NCBI RefSeq assembly: GCF_006345805.1
Contig: NC_043002.1
Span: forward strand, 496,001 to 560,000
Length of the DNA stretch: 64,000 nucleotides
Direction: 5' to 3'
Source of the DNA: Octopus sinensis
Lineage: Eukaryota
Shown here: positions 35,793-46,742 of the stretch, in pieces
How the letters are laid out: every line of letters begins with the position of its first letter
Numbering within the stretch: the first letter of the stretch is position 1
The notes under the pieces: generated by a model
The model's input: only the letters and a program-made list of their open reading frames with translations
What the model was told of the DNA's origin: nothing
Databases searched by the model: none
Program-made: the position numbers and the translations under genes

Positions 35793-36157
35793 ATCTCTCT
35801 TTTTTAAAGAGTCAGTCTGTTATATATATTTACCATTAATAATTGGTAGAACTTAAATAGCTAGCTAGATAGATAAATAGATGGATGGATAGATACAGAC
35901 ACACAAAAGTCTGGTGCTCTGAGAAGACATGGGAAAGATGTTTCCTTACTTTTTCAAATATACCCAAATTTAAAAGAGGATCTAATATAACGATATCATT
36001 CATTCGGCATGTGTTGAAATATGCCAAAACAATTTAATTCCACACAAATATATATTCCTTTACACATGGTTTATCTGTTAATTCTATTTACTGAAACTTG
36101 CTAAAAAGCATATTTTGCTTTAAAGTAGAATCTCCTTGGAGACACAATTGTCGGTAA

Positions 36158-37559
36158 CCATCATCGTTTAATGTCTGCTTTCCATGGGTTGGATGATTTT
36201 GACTGAGGGCTGGCGAACCAGATGGCTGCACCAGGCTCCAATCTTGATCTGGCAGAGTTTCTACAGCTGGATGCCCTTCCTAATGCCAACCACTCTGAGA
36301 ATGTAGTGGGTGCATTTTATGTGCCACCGGCACGGGCGCCAGTCAGGTACTGGCAACGACCTCGCTCAAATCTTTTTACATGTGCCAGTGAAGTGATGTT
36401 GGTAACAATCATGCTTGAATGGTGCCCTTTTACATGCCACGGGTTCGGTAGCCAGTTGGCTGCTCTGGCAACGATCACGCTCGGATTGGCACCCTACTAG
36501 CACATGCTCAAGTGCCAGTATAGGCGACACTGGTAACGATCATACTCGAATGGTGCCCTTTTATGTGCCACTAGCATGGAAGCCGGTTAGCCACTCTGTC
36601 GATGATCACACTTGTATGGTGTTCTTTGCACCCTGCTAGCACGGATGCCAGTCATCTAATTGACTTTGGTTTTGATTTCACTTGCTTCAACAGGTCTTCG
36701 CAAGCAGAGTTTAGTGACCAAAGAAGGAAAAGGTCTGCATAAGCGGGCTGGTTACGCTCCTGGCATAGGCCACAGGTTATGGTCTCATTTGGCTTGCCGG
36801 GTCTTCTCAAACACAGAATATTTCCAAAAGTCTCGATCGCTAGTCATTTCCTTGGTGAGGCCTAATGTTCGAAGGTCATGCTTCACCACTTCATCCCAGG
36901 TCTTCCTGGGTCTACCTCTTCCACAGGTTCCCTCAACTGCTAGGGTGTGGCACTTTTTCACACAGCTATCCTCATCCATTCTTGCCACATGACCATACCA
37001 GTGCAGTCATCTCTTTTGCACACCACATCTGATGCTTCTTAGGTCCAAATTTTCTCTCAAAGTACTTACACTCTGTCGAGTATGCACACTGACATTACAC
37101 ATCCATCGGATCATACTGGCTTCATTCCTTGTGAGCTTATGCATGTCCTCAGCAGTCACAGCCCATGTTTTACTGCCATGTAGCACGGCTGTTCATACAC
37201 ATGCATCATACAGTCTACCTTTTACTCTGAGCGAGAGGCCCTTTATCACCAGCAGAGGTAAGAGCTCTCTGAACTTTGCCCAAGCCCTTCTTATTCTAGC
37301 AGCTACACTTTCAGTGCACCCTCCTCTGCTACTGACTTGGTTACCTAGGTAACGGAAGCAATCAATTACTTCTAGTTTTTCTCCCTGGAACGTGGCGGAA
37401 GTTGGTCTCTGCACATTTTCGGTGTTTATCCCTCCCGAGCAGCTGCCACATACAAAAACTATCTTCCCAGTTAGCTTTCCTTTGATATTACTGCACCTCT
37501 TATGTGTTCATAGCTTACATTTGGTGCATCTTATAGAGTTTCTACCTACGCCTCTACTA
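36158..37559 (-). mobile_element. 5'-truncated RTE LINE (1.4 kb) with 15-bp TSD, inserted in the Helitron helicase gene
   Basis: TSD CACAATTGTCGGTAA at 36143-36157 and 37560-37574; ORF remnants IDCFRYLG and GRGRPRKTWDEVV. Confidence 0.93.
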
Positions 37560-37574
37560 CACAATTGTCGGTAA

Positions 37575-38450
37575 TCATACTGTTTCCATTTCTCTCAGCC
37601 AATATTTTTACTTTGGCCTTCATTTGAACTCTTGAGAATGCAACATACAACTTGACCATTGAGAAGAATTGTGTTGGAAGATATATTCAAATTTGTTCAA
37701 ATGTCAGTCCCTGTGCCTTGTTGCATGCCAAGGCAAGAGCTGGCTTGACAGGAAATTGTTTGTGTGTAAATGGAAATGGAAATTCCATTTCTTGAGATAC
37801 ATGTAGCATTCTTGGGATTAGCAGAGTTGATCCTGCATAAGGACCAGAAGCAACCTCAGCCTTAATAACATGATCATGTAAACTGACAAAGACGTAGTGT
37901 GTGCCACTGCAATGTCCATTAGTAGCATCTAAACTTCTCAGAAGCATTATGCATCAGTTTTTCTTCATTTTGAGAATGTAGTAGAAACCCTGATGGTGTA
38001 AGTCTTGATGAACTCAATTGGCTACAGAGTTTCATTTTCAAGTGTATCTGAGCTTCTGTATATTTTTAGCTCACCAGGGATCCTGGCCAACAGAAAATCA
38101 TTCACAAATTGTGCTGCTTCATTTGTTGAAGTAACAATGGTTCTAAATGCAAGCCACACAGGGTTTGTGAAATTATTTTTGAGGTCAGCATATACAAAAT
38201 CACATAGATCTGAAAGAGTACAAGTTTCAAGGCAAGGGCTATTGAGTAATTTGATTTTGAATTCACCTAGGCTTTGTTCAACAGAAATGTTACCATTTCC
38301 TGCATCAAGAAGGTAATTAGCAAACTCTCATCAGAATGACCTTCTGTAAGAAGTCTTAGATTGGTTGTCAACTCCACTACTTCCACATGATCGCAAAGAA
38401 AAGGTCTCTTTAGTGTTGCATCAACAATTTGTGATCTGACACCATTATTT
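37575..38450 (-). pseudogene. Helitron PIF1-like helicase C-terminal region
   Basis: ANYLLDAGNG, *PIEFI, MLLRSLD...GHCSGT, QFPVKPALALACNKAQGLTF and LYVAFSRV motifs; after removing the RTE it ends ...ITDNCVSKEILL* near 36120. Confidence 0.9.
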
Positions 38451-39819
38451 TGAAGTAGAATATTCTCCTCTCAAGATACTCTCCAACCAGTCTGTCATGT
38501 GTAGTGGAAGCAGAATCATATCCATGTCTCCGTGCATATTCAGGCATTTGTTTCAGTCGCTTTGCCCTGGTTTCATCTGATTCGGTTGCCGGTCTTTCTC
38601 TCTGCCGTTGTGCCTTTGCTGCTAAATTTTCTTTTTCAGTCGCATATTATATATAAATGAAAGCTCGTTAAAAACTATCTTGTTTACCATGCAAGAAATA
38701 GCAGCAATCACATAGTTATTATTGTAAGGTTTATAGTGTTCCAAGAAGCCAAACCAACAAAATCACTTCTTAATAAAAAAAATAAAAAATTATATCGGTA
38801 TATTAAAAAATTTTCATTTAACAAACTCTGGAAATTGTGTCTCGTATCAAAAATATAGAGCTATTATTAAATTATCATTAATGAAAGTGAGAATGAGACT
38901 GTTGCAGATAAAAAGAGTAAAATGTTGCCTGCAACAAATTAAGTGTTTATTACCAAACATTAAAATCTACTCTGCAGTGAATGCAATGAATATTTAAATT
39001 CATGAAGAACTGAACGCAGTGAATGCAATGAATATTTATATTTGCGAGAATTTGGAGTTTAAAAAATTCAATAAACTTCAGAAATTGAAATTATATTCTT
39101 AGAACATGAATTTATAAAAATATTTCCAGATGGTCAAGCTTTTAATACTTTTAGTAATTGTTACCTACCTAATTAATAAGCAGCTTTTCCCATTGTATTA
39201 TAGATATCTAGTCATTACTTAGCAGCAGAGTGACAAGTACAACCAAGTCGAGATGAAAAAGATCCTTCAGCAGAAGCCTGCTATAATAATGTTCATATTG
39301 GTTGGCTCAGCAACAACCTTTTTCCCTTCTTTCTTGAACAAACTTTAATTCTATCTTCCACACTCAATCTCTCTCTCTCTCTCTCTCTCTCTCACACTCT
39401 CTGTATTTCTTAACAACAACAACAAAAACCTGTCAGTAAGGGAAAGTCTTTTTTTTTAGTCAGTGTTGCATTGTTTATATGTTGAAAACATACAGAAACA
39501 CACACAACCAAAACAATAATCATGTTTTTAACACACACACACACACATATATAGATATACACACACACACATATAATTATTTCTTTGAAGTCTGTTGCAT
39601 TGTGTTGACAGACCTGCACTAAAAATTTCTGCGTTTGTAATCAAAACTTGTTAGTTAAAATGGTGACAATACCACAAATCTATCTTTCACATTCTCTCTC
39701 TTAACAACTTTTTCTACTCCCCTTCTAAAAATACATTGTGATAGAGGTTATTGCCCCTTTTGATTTTCCTTCCCTCCCTCTGATTGATGTTGTCATGAAC
39801 AAAGATCAGTTCCTCTTTT

Positions 39820-40382
39820 AGGCACCCATGCCAACCCCCTTTGCTTGTGAAGACATGTTGGGGCAAGCGAAATCGAAATCGAATTGAACCAGCCAGGATC
39901 CCTGGTCTGGTGGTACGTAAAAAGCACTATCCGACTCGTGGCCGTGGCACGTAAAATACTCCAATGCGACCGTACGACAGGCACCCTTGCCAACCCCCTT
40001 TGCTTGTGAAGACATGTTGGGGCAAGCGAAATCGAAATCGAATTGAACCAGCCAGGATCCCTGGTCTGGTGGTACGTAAAAAGCACTATCCGACTCGTGG
40101 CCGATGCCAGCACTGCCTCGACTGGCTTCCGTGCCGGTGGCACATAAAATACACCAATCTGACCGTGGCCGTTGCCAGCCCCGCCTGGCACCTGTGCAGG
40201 TGGCACGTAAAAAGCACCCACTACACTCACGGAGTGGTTGGCGTTAGGAAGGGCATCCAGCTGTAGAAACATTGCCAAATTAGACTGGAGCCTGGTGCAG
40301 CCTTCTGGCTTCCCAGAACCCCGGTCGAACCGTCCAACCCATGCTAGCATGGAGAACGGACGTTAAACGACGATGATGATGA
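39820..40382 (+). mobile_element. Young RTE 3'UTR copy with a duplicated 5' part of about 160 bp
   Basis: AGGCACCC...CTCGTGGCC occurs at about 39820 and again at about 39979. Confidence 0.9.
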
Positions 40383-40393
40383 TTATTTTTAAG

Positions 40394-40580
40394 GTGGCAA
40401 GCTGGCAAAATCACTAGCACACTGGACAAGTTCTGAGTTCAAATTCCATTGTGGTTGACTTTACTTTCCATCCTTTGGGGTTGAGAAATTAAATACCAGT
40501 CAAGTAGGTGGGACAATGTGATTGACTATCCCAATTCCCCAGAATTTCAGGCCTTCTGCTTCCAGTAGAAAGGACTATTA
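40394..40580 (+). mobile_element. tRNA-derived SINE, family A (deleted, diverged)
   Basis: GGTGGCAAGCTGGCAAAATC head, GAGTTCAAATTCC B box, (ATT)n tail. Confidence 0.7.
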
Positions 40581-40876
40581 TTATTATTATTATTATTATT
40601 TCCAAACTGGAATTTTATTAATGTTTTTAGTTTACTGTTTAGTATGATAAGTATTGAGCCATGGTAACGTTAAAATTAGGAAAAATTGTTAATAATGAAG
40701 AATTATATTTATTCAATTAATAAACTAGACATTTAAATTAGATCTAAAATTAAGCATGCTGCTTTTTAGTCTGATTTTGATTGCTAAGGAGTTCTGGTAG
40801 TGGCCATAGTAGAGGTATGTAAGATGGACATGGTTCATTCGCACTTACTGTTACTGTTGAGCATCTTGGCACAATC

Positions 40877-41755
40877 ACCATCATCATCATTTAATGTCTG
40901 TTTTTCCATGTTGGCATGGGTTGGACGGTTTGACTGAGGACTGCAAAGCCAGTAGGCTGATTCGGCAAGGTTTCTACAGCTGGATGATCTTCCTAATGCC
41001 AACCACTCTGAGAGTGTAGCGGGTGCTTTTTACGTGCCACTGGCATCGACCATGTTTGGATGATGCATTTTACATGCCACCGACACAGGGAGCCAGTCAG
41101 GTGGCACTGGCATCGGCTACAACTACGCTACTGAGAGATAATGAAACTGCAAAAATTTTTGTGGGTTTCTTTTTTGTGTCTGGATTCAGAAGAAAAATGA
41201 TTTTAAGATGAAAGTATCTGGATGAGTCTTGAGTATTTGAGGTTGACTGTTCACACAAAGATAGGGGCCGCAAGGTTCAGAGCTTGATGTTGTTTTAAAC
41301 TGAATTCTTTACATGTCTAGGTGGTTTATGGTATTTAGTATTTCGGTTTCATTGTCTGTGAACAATTTCTGATGAGACAAAGTATTCTGTTGTTGATTTC
41401 CATTTACTGTGGAGAGAATGCAGGTGGGATCAACCAGGCCTGGACAAAATTGATGATGAATCTGATATCATCACCATTGTTTAGCATTCGCTTTTCATGC
41501 CGGAATGGACTGGATGCTTTGATTGAGAACTGGCAAGCCAGTAGGCTGCACCAGGCTTCATTCTGATCTGACAAAGTTTCTATAGCTGGATGCTTTTCCT
41601 AACACCAACCACTCTGAGAGTATAGTGGGTGCTTTTTACATGCCACTAGCACAGTGGCCAGTCAAGCTGAACTGGCATCAACCACGCTCAAATGGTGCTT
41701 TTTACATACCACCGGCATGGGACCAGTCAGGTGGCACTGGCATTGACCATGCTCA
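40877..41755 (-). mobile_element. Two diverged RTE 3'UTR copies (40877-41125, 41480-41755)
   Basis: Core and module sequences. Confidence 0.75.
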
Positions 41756-41774
41756 TATATATATATATATATAC

Positions 41775-43432
41775 CATCATCATCATCATTATTTAATGTC
41801 CGTTTTCCATGCTAGCATGGGTTGGACGGTTCGACTGGGGTCTGGTAAGCCATGGAGGCTGCACCAGGCTCTAGTCCGATTTGGCAGTGTTTCTACAGCT
41901 GGATGCTGTTCCTAACGCCAACCACTCCATGAGTGTAGCGATTGCTTTTTACATGCCACCAGCACAGAGGCCAGGGGAGGCTGGCAAACGGCCACGATCG
42001 GTTGGTGCTTTTACATGTCACCGACATGGATGCCAGTCAGGCAGCGCTGGCATCTGTCACGTTCGGATGGTGCTTTTTACATGTCACCAGCACGGGTGTC
42101 TTAACTACAATTTCTATTTGATTTTTATTTTGATGCTGATGAACTTGACACAATAAGTCTCCTCAAGCGCAGCAGGGCGTCCTGGAAACCATGAACTCAC
42201 TTCATTTGTCGAGTCTTCGAAGTCACAGCATATCTCCAGAGGTCTCGGTCTTTCGTCATAGCCTCTGTGAGGCTCAACGTATGAAGGTCCTGCTTGACCA
42301 CCTCATCCCATGTCTATCTCTACCCCGGATTCCTTCAATAGTTTGGGAGTGGCACTTCTTCACACATCTCTCCTCGTCCATCCTTAGTACATGACCGTAC
42401 CAATCGTCTCTCCTGCACGCTGCATCCAATGCTTCTTATGCCCAACATTTCTCTCAGGACGCTTACACTCTGTCATGCATGGACACTGACATTACACATC
42501 CAGCGGATCATGCTAGCTTCATTTCTTTCAAGCCTACACATGTCCTCCGCAGTCACAGCCCATGTTTCACTGCCGTGAAGTATGGCAGTTCGCACACATG
42601 CATCGTACAACCTACCTTTCACTCTGAGCAAGAGACCCTTTGTCGCCCGTAGGGGAAGAAGCTTCCTAAACTTTGCCCAGGCTATTTGTGTTCTAGTGGT
42701 GATATTCTCTGAGCATCTATCCCCGTTACTAACTTGGTCACCTAGGTAGCAGAAACTATCAACTACTTCTAGTTTCTCCCCCAGGAGTGTAATGGAATCT
42801 GTTTTCTGAGTATCTGTGGTGTCTATTGTCCCTGTGCATCTGCCGCACATGAAAGCTATCTTCCTGGTTAATCTTCCTTTGATGTTGCTGCACCTCTTAT
42901 GTGTTCATAGCTTACACTGGGTACATCTTATGGAGTTTCTACCTACACCTTTTCTACAGATCGAGCAGCGCCACCTACCTGAAGTGGTGTGTGGTGTGTT
43001 TGCCTTCCTACTTACTAGAACTTTGGTCTTTGCTACATTGACTCTATGGCCTTTTGATTCTAAACCTAGCTTCCACACCTGAAATTTCTTCTATAGTTCC
43101 GGTAGTGATTCTGCTATAACGGCTAGGTCATCAGCATAGAGGAGCTCCCAGGGACAACCCGTCTTGAATTCCTCTGTTATTGCCTGGAGGACTAAGATGA
43201 ATAGAAGGGGACTGAGGGCTGAGCCTTGGTGGACGCTTACTTCTACCCGGAATTCTTCACTATTTATATATATACATATACGTACATACATACATACAAA
43301 CACAACTTGCATCTGTATACCTATTTGGCTCCGCCAGCCATATCCAGTTCCACCCATATGTAGTATTAGGTCGGTAATGTCTTGATGTGTGTGTGTGTGT
43401 GTGTATATGCATATATATATATACACACATAT

Positions 43433-43494
<62 letters not shown>

Positions 43495-44289
43495 ATATAC
43501 ATATGCATATATATATATATATACACATATGCATACACACACACACACACACATATATATCTGCAAGGAGAGAAACTTGAAAGGTTGCTAAATGAAGAGA
43601 ATGAATGGGGGAAAGAGAGTCTGCCGAATGTCGACCCAACAGTGGGACCAGCTATCTGAATTGACAGTATCTTGGGAAATAAAGCAATTAAGAGTATGAA
43701 GACAGGGAAAGCCCCCCCCCCCCGCCCATCAGGAATCACTGCAGAGATGATCAAAATATCTGGTGGTATTAGCTATATTCTACTCACCTGTACAGTCAAT
43801 CAGGTGATACATGAATGAATCATACCCAATGACTGGTGTAGCAGCACCATAGTCAACTGCTACAAAGGTAAAGGTGATGCATTAGATACGAATAATTACA
43901 GAGGTATCAAGTTGCTGGATCAAGTAATGAAGGTTACGGAGAGGGTCATAGCCCAACTGATTAGGAAGAGAATCAGTCTAGACGAGATGCAGTATGGGTT
44001 TGGACCAGGGAACAGCATCACTGATGCTATATTTCTGGTAAGACAGCTGCAGGAGAAATACATAGCCAAAGATAAGCCCTTGTACCTGGCTTTTGTTGAC
44101 ATGGAGAAAGCCTCTGACAAGGTCCCCCAATCCCTTATCTGGTGGTCAATGAGGAAACTAGGGATAAATGAATGGTTAGTGAGAACTGTGCAAGCCATGT
44201 ACAGGGATGCTGTCAGTAAGGTGAGGGTTGGCAACGAGTATAGTGAAGAATTCCAGGAAGTAGTAGGGGGCCACCAAGGATCAGTCCTC
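41775..44289. mobile_element. Rearranged RTE: minus-strand 3' half (41775-43263), microsatellite spacer, plus-strand RT N-terminal part (43562-44289)
   Basis: The minus part starts at EEFRVEVSVHQGS and runs through LYADDL to the tail; the plus part runs NEENEW...EEFQEVVGGHQGSVL and stops. Confidence 0.85.
43264..43561. repeat. Compound (TA)n/(CA)n/(TG)n microsatellite block
   Basis: Directly visible. Confidence 0.9.
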
Positions 44290-44301
44290 AAAAAATCTTA
44301 T

Positions 44302-44555
44302 ATCATCATCATCATCATCATCGTTTAGCGTCCGTTTTCCATGCTAGCATGGGTTGGACGGTTCAACTGGGGTCTGTGAAGCCAGAAGGCTTCATCAGGC
44401 CCAGTCAAATCTGGCAGTGTTTCTACGGCTGGATGCCCTTCCTAATGCCAACCACTCCGTGAGTGTAGTGGGTGCTTTTTACGTGCCACCCGCACAGGTG
44501 CCAGACAGAGCTGGCAAACGGCCACTAACGGATGGTGCTTTTTATGTGCCACTGG
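44302..44555 (-). mobile_element. RTE 3'UTR copy
   Basis: (CAT)n tail plus core. Confidence 0.9.
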
Positions 44556-44594
44556 CATATATATATATATGTGTGTGTGTGTTGTGTGTGTGTA

Positions 44595-44628
<34 letters not shown>

Positions 44629-44642
44629 ATGATATATATATA

Positions 44643-46217
44643 TAGTTGCGGCCAAAATGTTCAGAATGGCATTGTTTTCGTCAGAAAAGTAGGTATAAGT
44701 TTTTATTAAAGTTGTTTTAGTTTCTATAATTTTCACAGACTATAAATATGAGATTTTGATGTAATTTGAGTGGATAATACAAAAGTTATGGATGATTTAG
44801 TGATTTACTGCAAAACCCATGGTGGCCAAAATGATCAGAACAGTTGAAAAAATAACAAAATAATCAAAAAGTGACAGAGAATGCTGGAATTATTTCATAT
44901 TTAGTGTGAAGCCCTTTAGCTTCAATCACACTTTGACATTTTCGACTGCATGAGGAAATTAAATTTTCAATTTCTTGCTGGGTGATCTTATTCCATTCTT
45001 CCCGAATGGCATTGCTCGGTTGTTTTAGGATTTCTGGCTTTCGAACGTTCTCCTAGAATATTCCACACATTTTCAATAGGATTGAGATCTGGGCTTTGAG
45101 CAGGCCAATCCATAACAATAACCTTTTCAGCCTTGAGGAAGTTCATGACCACCTTAGCCTTGTGACATGGGGCATTGTCCTGCATGAATATGGGTGGTCG
45201 CTTAGTTGAATTTCTCAGCACAGGCAAGACATGATCTTTTACAAGTTGTTTATAAACTCCTGCATTTACCTTTCCATGTAATCGCACCAAAGGGCCCACA
45301 CCATCTCCAGATATCATCTCCCAAACCATGACACTTCCTCCACCGAATTTAACACTAGTCTTAAGGCATTTAGGCGACAATTTTTCACCTACTTTTCTAC
45401 GAACGTACCCATCTGAGCCAAATAACATAAACTTAGATTCATCACGGAAATGCACCGTTTGCCATTTTTCTTGAGACCACAACACATGTTCGGTTGCAAA
45501 GGTAAGACGACACTTTTTATTCTTGGAGCTGATCAGTGGCTTCGCTGCAGGTGCTCTTGCTTGTAGGTCATGTTCAACTAAACGACGAGACACAGTTTTT
45601 CGAAATAAAGTTTTCTTCAGTACAATGCTCATGTCCCGAGAAACAGCAGCAGCAGTTTTAAATCTGTCCTTTTTAACCAACTTTACCATAGCACGATCTT
45701 CTCTCTTGGTCGTTTTTCTTGGCCTACCTTTAAACTTTCTTGCTTCACACAAAGCACAATCATCGTAGACCTTAAGAATATTGTGAACAACACTTTTTCA
45801 CTTGTTAACAATCTTTGCAATAGATCCATTACTTAAATTATCCTTCTTTTGAAGCTTAATAATCTGCTGACGAATTGGTAACGGAGTAAGTGGCATTATA
45901 TGAACAAAGTACACTGCAGATATTCTTACTAACGTTTAGTAAACGAACCGTCAGGTAAACAAATTCAAAACATTAGAGTTCACTGGTTAAATATACTAAA
46001 ACACGGAGTAAAAGCAACCGTTCTGATCATTTTGGCCGCCATGGGTTTTGCAGTAAATCATCCATAACTTTTGTATTATCCTCTCAAATTACACCAAAAC
46101 CTCAGACAATAACAATTAATATCGTGAAAATTATAGAAACTAAAACAACTTTGATAGAAACTTATACCTACTTTTCTGACAAAAACAATGCCGTTCTGAA
46201 CATTTTGGCCGCAACTG
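44643..46217 (-). mobile_element. Near-intact Tc1-family transposon (1575 bp) with long IR/DR-type TIRs in a (TA)n tract
   Basis: TIRs of about 200 bp, each with outer GGCCAAAATGTTCAGAA and inner GGCCAAAATGATCAGAA repeats; TA flanks. Confidence 0.93.
44897..45896 (-). pseudogene. Tc1 DD34E transposase (one premature TGA, one late frameshift)
   Basis: MPLTPLPIRQQII... HTH, GRPRKTT, FRDESKF, QDNAPCH-(34)-NPIENVW, and C-terminal IEAKGLHTKY in a shifted frame. Confidence 0.9.
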
Positions 46218-46227
46218 TATATATATG

Positions 46228-46331
46228 CATAAGAGCTGTACAAGCCCAGTATAGGGAAGCTGTTAGTAAGGTGAGGGTTGACAACTAGTGAAGTATTCCG
46301 GGTAGAAGGGGCTCACCAAGGATCAGTCCTC
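46228..46331 (+). mobile_element. Short RTE RT fragment ending at CACCAAGGATCAGTCCTC
   Basis: Homologous to about 44190-44289 and ending at the same base. Confidence 0.75.
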
Positions 46332-46637
46332 ATATATTGTAGCTAAACTGATGATGATGATGATAAACCATTTGAACTGAAATCAAACGTCATCAGTATC
46401 TACCCACATTATAAAGACTAAACCATTCAGGTGTGGTTCAATTCCCCTTGCGTATAACAACTGTCTGTACAAGATTGTTCTGGTTTGTTTAATAACGAGA
46501 TTTCTAATTACTGTAGGCTTTATATTCGACAGCTTAATCATACTGGTTTTGTATTATTGTTCTAAAGTAAAAACATTTGTTCATTGAAAGGAAACTAACA
46601 ACACTCCTAACATAAAAATATTGTAAACAGAACTTAC

Positions 46638-46742
46638 CTAAGTATATTAATCCAGTGGGATTCAATGCTTCCATCATTATGTTGAAAACGTCCAATTCTA
46701 TCAGCTGGGATTAGTTGGTTCAGCAAATAGAGAACTTCTTTT
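46638..46742 (-). CDS. TCTN2: Tectonic (TCTN2-like) exon
   Basis: R KEVLYLLNQLIPADRIGRFQHNDGSIESHWINIL; TCTTCTATTTATTAG acceptor, GTAAGT donor; phase 2/2. Confidence 0.85.

Larger units (their letters stand above)
34723..39204 (-). mobile_element. Internally deleted Helitron with nested insertions
   Basis: 5' A|TCTATAATACAATG at 39204; short R/E-rich N-terminus near 38645 fused to the PIF1 helicase C-terminal half; hairpin and CTAG|T at 34726-34723. Linking both termini to one element is inferred. Confidence 0.65.

Noticed and set aside
43091-43754. Long ORFs rich in YI/CV/HT
   Set aside because: Translations of dinucleotide microsatellites.
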